Source: a virus
Taxonomy: Duplodnaviria; Caudoviricetes
IMG/VR virus record: IMGVR_UViG_3300020047_005985
Location: 32,001 to 96,000 of that record
DNA length: 64,000 bases
Direction: 5' to 3' (one strand)
The notes under the pieces are model-generated. The model was not told the DNA's origin. It saw only the letters and a program-made list of their open reading frames with translations, and did not search any database. Both the position numbers and the translations under genes were made by a program. The number at the start of each line of letters is the position of its first letter. Position 1 is the stretch's first letter. This document shows positions 1-8,606 of this stretch, piece by piece.

Positions 1-79
1 TCGAATTTCTCCGTTTTCATCAGCTAATTCTAAAATAACTTGAGATAATTCTTCCAGTGTTTCACACTGATTTACTCTA

Positions 80-331
80 TCATAAATTTGCAATCTCTTC
101 ATGTTCAGGTAGTTTAATGTTTAAAATAGAACCGGAATCAACGTAATTATAACCACCAACATCGTAAAAAATATTAGCATTTTCAGCAGCTATTTCTAAA
201 CATTTTTTAGCATACAACTCTGCATACTCTTTCATTATTAGAATTAACTCATCCTTACGAATAATTGTTTTATTTGTATATTCATCAAACTCTAGCTCAT
301 TTTTCTGAATAATTTCTTCAATTGTTTTCAT
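80..331 (-). CDS. hypothetical protein
   Basis: 83-aa ORF overlapping the neighbouring gene in the minus-strand run. Confidence 0.7.
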   Translation of the reverse strand: MKTIEEIIQKNELEFDEYTNKTIIRKDELILIMKEYAELYAKKCLEIAAENANIFYDVGGYNYVDSGSILNIKLPEHEEIANL

Positions 332-722
332 ACATTTCTAACATTTCTGCGATTTTATGAACAAAGTATGATGCCCATCTGTATCCATGCTCTTCTTCAT
401 CATATCCCAATGCTTTCAAATTAAGGATAAACTTATATCCATCATAAGGATCAAATTTAATCTGATTTACAAGTTCAACTGCATCCCAATGTTTTTCATC
501 TGATGTAAATTCAAGAATTTTTTCAATCTCATCATCAGATAAATCAAAATATGAATCTTTTGACCATTCTTTAATCTCATTAAAAACAACAAACGGATCG
601 TTTAAAAACACTAATCCTATTGCACCTTCTTTCCATTCAGGATGATCCTGTGTACTTATTTGTATGGAAATGTCGCCGATATTTCCAATTACTATTGATT
701 TTGTTTCACATTGTAAACACAT
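318..722 (-). CDS. hypothetical protein (N-terminal CxxC)
   Basis: 134-aa ORF starting 3 nt after the helicase exon 2 stop. Confidence 0.75.
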   Translation of the reverse strand: MCLQCETKSIVIGNIGDISIQISTQDHPEWKEGAIGLVFLNDPFVVFNEIKEWSKDSYFDLSDDEIEKILEFTSDEKHWDAVELVNQIKFDPYDGYKFILNLKALGYDEEEHGYRWASYFVHKIAEMLEMYENN

Positions 723-725
723 AAA

Positions 726-875
726 TTATATATTTTTAATTATTTCTGCAACTGAAGAACAGTAAACAAAGTTTACATTCATTTCTTCAGTCATTGATTG
801 AAACCACTTTTCTTCTTGAGTTCCTAACGTTACAAATACAATTACTGTTCCTACGGCTTTATCTGTCCTGAGCCT
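726..875 (-). CDS. SF2 helicase, exon 2
   Basis: Hand translation RLRTDKAVGTVIVFVTLGTQEEKW...KNI*; completes motif VI QMIG|RLR. Confidence 0.85.
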   Translation of the reverse strand, partial: RLRTDKAVGTVIVFVTLGTQEEKWFQSMTEEMNVNFVYCSSVAEIIKNI

Positions 876-899
876 CTTTTTATAATACGATGTTTTAAA

Positions 900-1691
900 T
901 CAGATGTCAACCTGAATCGTATTCTTACTTTTCAGTAAGGATTGGACTATATCTTTATTTGATTCATATGCCCAGTGATATCCGAATGAAATTCTTGGAT
1001 ATTTAGGTCTTTGTTTATGTTTTGAAACAGGATCTTTACAAATCTTAATAATTCCCCTTCTATAGAAACCCAATTCATTTTCTATAAGTTGTGCGTGATC
1101 CCAAATCTTGATAATTTCTCCATCAGTGGCAATTTGATAAATTTTCTTTTGGATAGATTTAGTATATGAATTAGAATATTTAATATTATACGTATCAAAA
1201 CCATCTATTTCGTATCTCCATACAGATCCCCCGACTGTCTTTCTACCTCTTCGTCCTCTGCAACAACTAGAAATGTGAGAATTAGATAAACCTAGCTCCT
1301 GTTCAATATTTGCAACACAGTCCCATAATTTAATAAATGTCCCGTCTTTAGCAAACTGTTTAATTTTAGAACCTAGTTGACCATCTCCGCCATTTGTAGA
1401 ATTTTTTAAATTTAATCCTTCGGATTTATATTTAGCAATATAATAAATCTCTTTTCTTTTTACTTCTTCAATTGTTTCAGCATGGTCAATAGGAGCAATT
1501 AATACTTGATCTTTGTTTATAATAACTTTATTAATCCAATTAATAACAGGCCAATTGAGTTTACCATATTGACTTTTTGCTTTATTGATATGTCTTTTCA
1601 ATCGAAGATTTAGAGAAGTTCCTGTGTAACCAATATACACTGGTGTTTGTGTTAAATCACTTTTACTGTAAAGTTTGTAGATTATATACAT
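900..1691 (-). CDS. intron-encoded GIY-YIG homing endonuclease with NUMOD1-like repeats
   Basis: YIIYKL...VYIGYT...RLKRH, E..YI, N...GGDG motifs; ATG at 1691 preferred over TTG at 1715. Confidence 0.88.
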   Translation of the reverse strand: MYIIYKLYSKSDLTQTPVYIGYTGTSLNLRLKRHINKAKSQYGKLNWPVINWINKVIINKDQVLIAPIDHAETIEEVKRKEIYYIAKYKSEGLNLKNSTNGGDGQLGSKIKQFAKDGTFIKLWDCVANIEQELGLSNSHISSCCRGRRGRKTVGGSVWRYEIDGFDTYNIKYSNSYTKSIQKKIYQIATDGEIIKIWDHAQLIENELGFYRRGIIKICKDPVSKHKQRPKYPRISFGYHWAYESNKDIVQSLLKSKNTIQVDI

Positions 1692-1712
1692 ATTATTGTA
1701 TTTTGTGAAACA

Positions 1713-1720
1713 CAAAGATA
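1713..1720 (-). promoter_or_regulatory. Bacteroidota-type -7 promoter element (TATCTTTG) inside intron
   Basis: Matches TAnnTTTG about 20 nt upstream of the endonuclease ATG. Confidence 0.5.
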
Positions 1721-1970
1721 CAATATATTGTATTCAATCTTTTTTAGTTTTTAATTTTTAAGAAAAATATGTTACCACCTTTTCCTTTTTGGTAAAATAA
1801 TATAAAATCAAATATCTACTGTTTCGGGAAATTTGACAGATTTCCCTACTCCCCTACAAAGGGGATAGTCTCTACACACGCCTGGATATTAATCCTGCTT
1901 GGCTCGGTATTCCCATATCATAATTATGACTTAGGGTTCACCGAATTAAATAGATATAGGCAAGCTTTTC

Positions 1971-3050
1971 ACCTATCATTTGACTCCAATCCTTAACTTT
2001 AGAATAATATGCAAATAATACAATATTATCTAAATGAGGAATATTTTCACCTTGCTTAAGGATCTTATTACTACAAGTAAGTTTAGTCAAACCTTTTTTA
2101 AAATTATCCAAATCTTTAATGTAATTCTTATTTTGAGATACAATAGAAGTCTTGCATAATTCTAATAAAGTTTTACTATCTTGACCAAATACTAATGTCT
2201 TTCCTGGAAGTTCTAATAAAAGTCTTTTGGCAAATTTAATCTTACTTGGAAGTGAATATAGAAATCTAGCTCTACGAGTAGCAGTTTGTATTATTCTAAA
2301 CTCTTTAGCTTTTTTAGCTTGAGGAGTTTTAGTAGGTAAAAACATTACTTCTCTAAAATCTTTTTCAAGTTTAGCGTAACTTGCTAACTCAGTAGTATGA
2401 AAATCATATTCTTTAGTTTTAATGTGAATATTCTTTTCTAAAGCTTCTAGTTTATGCTGATACACAATAAACTTAATATCTCTGGTTGTTTTATTCTCAA
2501 TGCTTTCTTGTAAAGAATAAGTATAAACAACTGGACAGAATGTTTGCAAAAGATCAAACTTAGTTATCTCCTGTTCTTGTATCTCATAAATAGTTTTCCT
2601 ATCTATCGTAGCCGATAATCCCATTCTAGGAATTAGATTTTCATCTAATTTAGAGTTTTGAATAAATTTGAAATATTCAGTAGATAGACAATCATGGATC
2701 TCATCAAAAATAATAATGGTATTTTCTTGAGTAGTATTTGAAAAGTAATCCCAAATAGAATATTTATAAGCTGCTTGATAACAAGCAAACTTAAAGTGAT
2801 AATTTTCTAATGGGTTAATTCCATAAAACTCTTTATATTTCCTAGCGTCTTCTAATACAGTAGCTTCTCTAACCGTAGTTTCAGCTAGGAATAAAACATT
2901 ACTGCCTTTAGGCATAGTTAATATTGCTTTAAAAGCAGTAAATGTTTTACCCATACCTGTAGCAAGTTCTATTGTACCCATCTTCTCATTATCTAGCCAA
3001 ACTTGCATGGCTTCATTCTGCACCTGCTCTTTCTTTAAATTCTTCTCCAC
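1971..3050 (-). CDS. SF2 (DEAD/DEAH-like) helicase, exon 1
   Basis: Walker A ATGMGKT, DEIH, SAT, and start of motif VI (SQMIG). Confidence 0.9.
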
Positions 3051-3271
3051 TGTATTAAATGTTGGAACTGTACTAAAATATCCATTAGGTCAATATGTCC
3101 TAAATTATCAGAACATAAACCTAATAAATGTAATATAAAATCTACCATATCATCTCAATAAAAGTTTTAATAATCATTATCATAATTAGCCATGCTATAA
3201 AATTAAATATGAATACTGGAAACCAAATAAAACCTATTGTTGCTAATATGCTTACTGTAATAATTATTTTT

Positions 3272-3511
3272 TTACGCATGGATTTTAATTTTTTGATGAA
3301 AATATATCATACTCGTAATAGGAGTACTTGTTAAATAACAAAAACAAGGCATTTTATTTAATGCTGCAAACTCTAAAATATCCGCAGATGTTCTACCAGC
3401 TACCCAAAATAAATCATTAAAAGAAGAAGTTATATTCGAATCTTTAAACTTTAATTTAGGTTTATACTTTTTCTTCGACATATGTAGGTATAAATCCAAA
3501 AATAACAGCAT
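3272..3511 (-). CDS. hypothetical protein (likely later start MSKKK)
   Basis: ORF in the dense minus-strand run. Confidence 0.5.
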   Translation of the reverse strand: MLLFLDLYLHMSKKKYKPKLKFKDSNITSSFNDLFWVAGRTSADILEFAALNKMPCFCYLTSTPITSMIYFHQKIKIHA

Positions 3512-3716
3512 TATTTTCAGGTGTATCTAATACAATGGGCTTGCTGTCTAAATCTTGTTCAAATCTTATATCTGTAGATTGTAAATCTCTTAAATATAAT
3601 TGAACAGATCTATCACTAACTATTCCATATTCAGATATCAGCACTGGTGTATCTCCTTTTGCTTCTAAACTGTCTTCTAAAACTTGAAGATTAGTTATCA
3701 ATTCTCTTAAATTCAT
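3462..3716 (-). CDS. hypothetical protein
   Basis: 84-aa ORF overlapping neighbours. Confidence 0.7.
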   Translation of the reverse strand: MNLRELITNLQVLEDSLEAKGDTPVLISEYGIVSDRSVQLYLRDLQSTDIRFEQDLDSKPIVLDTPENNAVIFGFIPTYVEEKV

Positions 3717-4110
3717 CTTCTGTTAAAGGTTCTAATTCATGATATTCATAAATTTCTTTTACAATTTCCTTTCCCTTATCAGAAATTCCATTTTCATTCC
3801 AATTTTCAGAATCATCGTGTAAAAGTTGAACTTTTCTAAGAAAAGAAATATTCATCTCTTTCATCCAATCTGGAAATTGTTCAAAAAGATCTGGTGTATT
3901 TAATTTTACAAATGATACAGCTAACCCTTTTGTATCTTTTTCATCAAGTTCTAAAGCTAAATCTTTATTTAAAAATCTACCAATTGCGCAACCTGGACTA
4001 TTTTCAGTTGGTGCATATAAGCACTCATTTGTTCCCGAATGTACACTCCGGTTTTCAGAAGTATAAAATTGTACTGTTGATACTAAAAATTCTCTTTGTG
4101 TCATAACCAA
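3691..4110 (-). CDS. hypothetical protein
   Basis: 139-aa ORF with C.Y...CAIG and Q..HD motifs typical of a small phage family. Confidence 0.8.
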   Translation of the reverse strand: MVMTQREFLVSTVQFYTSENRSVHSGTNECLYAPTENSPGCAIGRFLNKDLALELDEKDTKGLAVSFVKLNTPDLFEQFPDWMKEMNISFLRKVQLLHDDSENWNENGISDKGKEIVKEIYEYHELEPLTEDEFKRIDN

Positions 4111-4322
4111 TTTTTAAAATTATTTTCTGTAAAAGTTAAGGGAGTTTCGATAACTTCCCATTTAGTTCTAATAACATCTTCTTTATCAATCCTATACAAT
4201 GGATCATTAACCCAATAAGAAGGTTCTAATATACCATTTTTATAAGTATTTTTAACAATAAAACTACCTCTCTTTTTACTCCAATGCAAGTCATTCCAAT
4301 TATATCCTTTTTGAAAGCACAA
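4101..4322 (-). CDS. hypothetical protein
   Basis: 73-aa ORF, start uncertain. Confidence 0.55.
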   Translation of the reverse strand: MCFQKGYNWNDLHWSKKRGSFIVKNTYKNGILEPSYWVNDPLYRIDKEDVIRTKWEVIETPLTFTENNFKNWL

Positions 4323-4409
4323 TTCTTACTCATAAGTTAGAAATTGTAATTATAATTAACAATGCAATAGCTCCATAAAAACCATAATAACCTAGTTTTT
4401 CTAAATCAT

Positions 4410-4775
4410 TCATTTTATAGCCATTTGAGGTTTAATAGGACGTGTATGATAATACTGAATAAATTCAATGTTAGAACAATACGGATACTCAGTAATAATC
4501 TTTCTAGGAATAAACTGAAAGAATGAGTTTTCTGTCCAAATCATCACTAAAGATTGTTTTTTAATCTTAGCAATTATAGGGATTTCAAACATAACAGAGT
4601 CAATTTCAAATACAATAATATTACTGGTAAGACCGATACCCATAATATAATTATGATTTACAAGTTCTAAAGTATCTGAACTTTTAGATACAATAGTATT
4701 TCCTGCAAAAATCATATCTTGTGCTTGAACAGTAAACGAAATAATTGTAAATAAAATAATAAATAAATTTTTCAT
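4410..4775 (-). CDS. secreted hypothetical protein
   Basis: Bacteroidota-style signal peptide MKNLFIILF...VQAQ. Confidence 0.7.
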   Translation of the reverse strand: MKNLFIILFTIISFTVQAQDMIFAGNTIVSKSSDTLELVNHNYIMGIGLTSNIIVFEIDSVMFEIPIIAKIKKQSLVMIWTENSFFQFIPRKIITEYPYCSNIEFIQYYHTRPIKPQMAIK

Positions 4776-5011
4776 ATTTCTTGAATTTGTACAGGTACTA
4801 CCTGTGGTTTTGTAGCTAACAAACTATCAGCTATTAATTGAGCATGTCCAGCCGTTTTATATAAACGAGCTTCGTTAATATTAGTAGTGTAATTACCAGA
4901 ACCAGACCAATAATTAGCTAATCCATCAAAATATTTAATTACAAATAACTCGCTAAATGTAACTTTTACTTCAGGTAAATTAACTTGTTCTTTTTTTGTT
5001 TGTGTTGTCAT
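4772..5011 (-). CDS. hypothetical protein
   Basis: 79-aa ORF, 4-nt overlap with next gene. Confidence 0.7.
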   Translation of the reverse strand: MTTQTKKEQVNLPEVKVTFSELFVIKYFDGLANYWSGSGNYTTNINEARLYKTAGHAQLIADSLLATKPQVVPVQIQEI

Positions 5012-5150
5012 AATAATTTGTAAATTAAATAAAATAATCCTATTGGAGACAATCCAATTATAAATTCAAATATTGTGTTAAATATTAGTGGTTTTGTCCA
5101 AACAATAATACAAAATAACACAACCCAAATAGAATAGAATATCCAAAACA

Positions 5151-5660
5151 TTATCGAAACCAATGTTTAGTTTGTGAATAAATTTTATGTTTTCCTACCC
5201 ATTTACCATGACGAGTATTTCTATCTGAAATACCAGCCCAATAGTAAATTCTTTGATCTGCCATTCTAACACCAGCTATAATCAAATTAGCCATTTTTAG
5301 ATTTTCAGTACAAAGTGTGTCCATAGTATCAAACTTCCACTGTTGTGGAGAATACTTCCATAAACCTGTAAACTGTTTAGGAGCTAAAAGTTGCTCTTTT
5401 ACAGTTTCTCCATTGTTATTAAAATTATCCAATAGTCTGTTATGAAAAGCTTCCATAACTAACCATCGTTCATTCCTGCTTAAATTAAAACATTCATGAT
5501 ATGCAATAGCCGCCATTACTTCATTTAATGGATAATATTCTATAGAATCCTTGTTTAAAGTATAACTATAATCTTGTTTTATTATTTCTTTTTCTTTATT
5601 TATAATAGAATTGGTTGGAATCAGAAGACTCCAAATTATCATTACTCTTATATACATCAT
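5151..5660 (-). CDS. SleB-like cell wall hydrolase (Hydrolase_2)
   Basis: AIAYHE...V..NR...QLLAPKQFT...HWF pattern; hydrophobic N-terminus. Confidence 0.75.
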   Translation of the reverse strand: MMYIRVMIIWSLLIPTNSIINKEKEIIKQDYSYTLNKDSIEYYPLNEVMAAIAYHECFNLSRNERWLVMEAFHNRLLDNFNNNGETVKEQLLAPKQFTGLWKYSPQQWKFDTMDTLCTENLKMANLIIAGVRMADQRIYYWAGISDRNTRHGKWVGKHKIYSQTKHWFR

Positions 5661-6231
5661 TTTGTAATTTAATGAACAATTCTGGAAATTGTTTTTTCCA
5701 GGTAGAAAACTCTCTTAATGCTAACAGATTAGGCGTTGTTTTCATTATCAATTTATATCTAATGCCAATTTTATAGTTATTGGATAAACTGGTGTCTGAA
5801 TCCAACATTCTTAACTTAGCAACTTCATTTATATGCTTTTGTTGTGCTAATTCTAAATGGAAATTCTTTCTATCTCTAATAGATTCTCCTGTTTGAATAT
5901 AGTACTCCCAACAAGAATAATGATCTAGTAAAGAAGTTACTTCGTTATTATCATCAATGGTGTTAGGGCGATCTTTTTCTAAAGTAGAATCTTCTTCTTC
6001 CCCATAAAGATAAACTGGTATTTTAGCAAGTTCTCTTAATCCGGTATTCAAATTCAATGTTTCCCACATTTCATACTGAACTAAGTTTCTACCATCTTCT
6101 AATGGTTTTTTTAGTTTGAATATTCTAGTTCTATCATTAGCAACAAAATATCCAACAAAAGCCATTAGATAATATTTAATAGGTTTTTTTCTAGGAATTA
6201 CTGTTACTGTTTCTCCTTTTCTATATATCAT
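5596..6231 (-). CDS. hypothetical protein
   Basis: 211-aa ORF. Confidence 0.75.
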   Translation of the reverse strand: MIYRKGETVTVIPRKKPIKYYLMAFVGYFVANDRTRIFKLKKPLEDGRNLVQYEMWETLNLNTGLRELAKIPVYLYGEEEDSTLEKDRPNTIDDNNEVTSLLDHYSCWEYYIQTGESIRDRKNFHLELAQQKHINEVAKLRMLDSDTSLSNNYKIGIRYKLIMKTTPNLLALREFSTWKKQFPELFIKLQNDVYKSNDNLESSDSNQFYYK

Positions 6232-6246
6232 AAGAAGGTTTAGAAA

Positions 6247-6304
6247 AAGGTGAACAATTTATCTAAAAGAACATTTTCATTCTTAGAGACAAATTGCTCA
6301 CCTT
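6247..6304 (-). terminator. hairpin after the 174-aa gene, possible terminator
   Basis: Inverted repeat aaggtga.caattt / aaattg.tcacctt followed by a U-run on the minus strand. Confidence 0.5.
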
Positions 6305-6309
6305 AAGGT

Positions 6310-6834
6310 TTATTTTTTAGTTGCTTTCTTTGGTTTAACAGCTTCACTTGTTTCTCCAAAGAATGTATTTTGTTTTTGTTGCCGTTCCCAAAGACTATCA
6401 GGAGTAGCTTCTGTAAGAACAGTGTGAAAAGCATGAATCTTTTCCTGCCACCATGCTACTACTTCTGGTTTTTCTGGATCACCTCTACGGCCAATTTCTC
6501 CAAAGATTGCGTAAGTCAATCCTACCAAAGCAGTATCTGATAAACTTTCAACAATCACGCTAAATTTTGGATTTGGCGGAATAGCAGATTTAATCTGACG
6601 AATTAAATCTGTAACTTCAGGATTTGATTTCCTAAAGTAATTTATTCCTGCTTGAGTTGGAATATAGTTTCCAGTTGAATCAGTAGTTACCAATTCTTTT
6701 GAGAGAAGTTCTTCTGCAATCCCTTTCATATCTCTACTCTCATCTGCTACCCAACTTGAAAAATCTTTGTTTGGGTGAGTATTGGACAATATATGGTATA
6801 AAGTCCACTGCGCTTTTAAACTAATTTTGCTCAT
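6310..6834 (-). CDS. hypothetical protein, possible N-terminal winged helix
   Basis: EELLSKELV...YIPTQAG.NYF pattern. Confidence 0.7.
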   Translation of the reverse strand: MSKISLKAQWTLYHILSNTHPNKDFSSWVADESRDMKGIAEELLSKELVTTDSTGNYIPTQAGINYFRKSNPEVTDLIRQIKSAIPPNPKFSVIVESLSDTALVGLTYAIFGEIGRRGDPEKPEVVAWWQEKIHAFHTVLTEATPDSLWERQQKQNTFFGETSEAVKPKKATKK

Positions 6835-6997
6835 ATATATTAATTATTTTTACAACTTAAATTGCAGTCTGCAACTGTTTTACAATTTCTTTTACACCCC
6901 CAACTAGAAGAATAAAAAATTGATATTGCAAGATGATGTTCTTGCTTAAAAAATGATAATCCTATAGGTTTTTTCATTATTGCAAATTTAAAAATTA

Positions 6998-7068
6998 GGT
7001 GACTAACAAGAATCGAACTTGCACTGTTGGAACCACAAACCAACGTTCTACCGTTAAACTATAGTCAC
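6998..7068 (-). tRNA. trnH: tRNA-His(GUG)
   Basis: Cloverleaf GTGACTA/TAGTCAC, discriminator C, loop TTGTGGT. Confidence 0.85.
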
Positions 7069-7070
7069 AG

Positions 7071-7144
7071 TGGAAGAAGTTAGATTCGAACTAACAACCA
7101 CAGAATGATGGAATCTGCTGCTCTACCAATTGGCATACACTCCC
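7071..7144 (-). pseudogene. tRNA-like element with 9-nt anticodon loop (Trp-like)
   Basis: Stem GCAGA/TCTGT around TTCCATCAT; intact T arm; weak acceptor stem. Confidence 0.7.
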
Positions 7145-7202
7145 AGTAGTTTCCTGCTACATATACCCTAGTAAACAGGAAACTTTTGTAATTACTCGCA
7201 TT

Positions 7203-7317
7203 CATCTGTTTTTATACTTAAATTCAATGCTCTACCACTGAGCTATACGTCCGTAGTTAAATAAGTAATAGAGGACGTAAGAAGAATTGAACTTCTGACC
7301 TTGAGTTAGAACAGATG
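7203..7317 (-). ncRNA. circularly permuted tRNA-like RNA (YrlA/Y-RNA-like topology)
   Basis: tRNA 3' half (7305-7273) precedes 5' half (7252-7223); 7-bp acceptor closed by a 20-nt loop; ends paired by CATCTGTT/AACAGATG. Confidence 0.85.
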
Positions 7318-7329
7318 GCTTTCAAAGAT

Positions 7330-7407
7330 GACTAAAACTAAAGCTTGACTCACAAAACTATCTACTAAAAGTAAATACCATCATTTTGTAAGACTAATGC
7401 TAAAGTT
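7330..7407 (-). repeat. UAG-rich repeats CTTTAGnnTTAGTC
   Basis: Two near-identical copies (7330-7346, 7392-7407) and a degenerate middle copy; 7 UAG triplets in about 70 nt. Confidence 0.6.
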
Positions 7408-7424
7408 ATAAAGAGTCAATATTC

Positions 7425-8180
7425 TTAAAATAGAAATTCAAGTACCTTGTTTCCAAGATCAGATTCTTGACTTTCTATTGTATTTGCATTTTCTAAAGCT
7501 GCAATAACAGCTTTATATAAATTATCATATTTGGCTAAAATAATAGCTCGTTGACGAGTTGTGTACTCCCCTGAGTATTCTTGAGCTGTATAGGAACCAA
7601 TATTTACTTGCGTAGATTTTTCACCTACAATTGGCTGACGACTTTTATCTGGATGCGGATCAACTAAAATATAACTTTCCTTAATTGTGGTTTTTGAAAA
7701 ACCTTCATCAATTGGACTTTCATAAATCTCACGTCCCTCATGTTCTCCATTTGTTGATTCTTTCCAGATTACAGATTCTTTTCTGATTGGAAGTTCATGA
7801 ATCAAACTTTTAATTTTACCGTCCAAAATAGACTTGAGTCTTAAAAGTTCCAGGGTAGTGTAAGTTCCCCAATTTTTTCCATCTACAACTAAATCAGAAG
7901 TTACTCCTGTTGCATTTGTTTTTTCAATACTGAATACAATATTGAAATAATCTTGAACATGAGTTTTAAACCAACTTAATTGTTCTCCAACAGTTGAAGC
8001 AACTGCTTCATATCCACGCTTACTAGGTTCATCTGCATACCCATCAATAGGAGTATATGTTTTTTGATAACCTTTAAATAATCCTTGTTTGTTTTTGAAT
8101 TTACTGAACATATCATCCAGCATTAAACTAAATCCTTTTTCCACCTTATCTCTAAGGCCAAGTTGTACGGCTAATTTCAT
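7425..8180 (-). CDS. conserved hypothetical protein upstream of permuted tRNA-like RNA
   Basis: 251-aa ORF with LF.G..KTY.P and A.E.AN motifs, helical N- and C-termini. Confidence 0.85.
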   Translation of the reverse strand: MKLAVQLGLRDKVEKGFSLMLDDMFSKFKNKQGLFKGYQKTYTPIDGYADEPSKRGYEAVASTVGEQLSWFKTHVQDYFNIVFSIEKTNATGVTSDLVVDGKNWGTYTTLELLRLKSILDGKIKSLIHELPIRKESVIWKESTNGEHEGREIYESPIDEGFSKTTIKESYILVDPHPDKSRQPIVGEKSTQVNIGSYTAQEYSGEYTTRQRAIILAKYDNLYKAVIAALENANTIESQESDLGNKVLEFLF

Positions 8181-8205
8181 TACTAAAGTTTAAATATTAT
8201 TGTAG

Positions 8206-8288
8206 TAGGGAGAGAGGGACTCGAACCCTCAAAGTCTAATGACCAAAGGGGCTTAAGCCCTTCGTGTTTACCATTTCACCACCTCCCC
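8206..8288 (-). tRNA. trnL: tRNA-Leu(UAA)
   Basis: AAGGG CT TAA GC CCCTT, long variable arm, canonical T arm. Confidence 0.9.
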
Positions 8289-8376
8289 ATTATCTGTCTT
8301 TCCAGACTGTCACCATACGAAGTACTCTACCAAATTGATGTCTTTCCAACCTGTAAGACTCTTGCTATATTGACTC

Positions 8377-8595
8377 TAGCTATACTATATGGGTTTCTGG
8401 AATCGAACCAGTTTTATCTGGATGCGCTATTTTATCATTCTCTTTTAGGTTTCGCCATCTTGCACTTGTACTCAAGTTCCTAAAATCATTTGGGAATGAC
8501 CCAACCACTTCTTAGAACAATGGGATGTTTTCTACCATCTTTCCTTCAGACCTCTCTCAACTGAAGATTGTATAGTTTAGCTATACTCTATATGG
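8377..8595 (-). ncRNA. candidate structured RNA ending in a T-loop-like hairpin, flanked by direct repeats
   Basis: Six short hairpins plus CTGG TTCGATT CCAG; repeats tagctatact(ct)atatgg at both ends. Confidence 0.5.
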
Positions 8596-8606
8596 ATTAT
8601 TTGGTT

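Larger units (their letters stand above)
876..1970 (-). mobile_element. group I intron in helicase gene
   Basis: Exon AUAGGU pairs with IGS GCCUAU (U.G wobble); P AAUUCGGUGAA, Q AAUACCGAGCCAAGC, R GUAGAGACUA, S AAGAUAUAGUCC; terminal G at 876. Confidence 0.9.

Noticed and set aside
6840-7043. 67-aa ORF (and the plus-strand ORF 9954-10217)
   Set aside because: They overlap tRNA or tRNA-like genes and have no protein-like features.
7203-7317. Permuted two-piece tmRNA
   Set aside because: It has a full D stem, no G3.U70 alanine identity and no room for a tag reading frame.
8393-8577. RNase P RNA or tmRNA
   Set aside because: Lacks the GAGGAAAGUCC and terminal P4 consensus, and no alanine acceptor stem pairs with the T-like arm.
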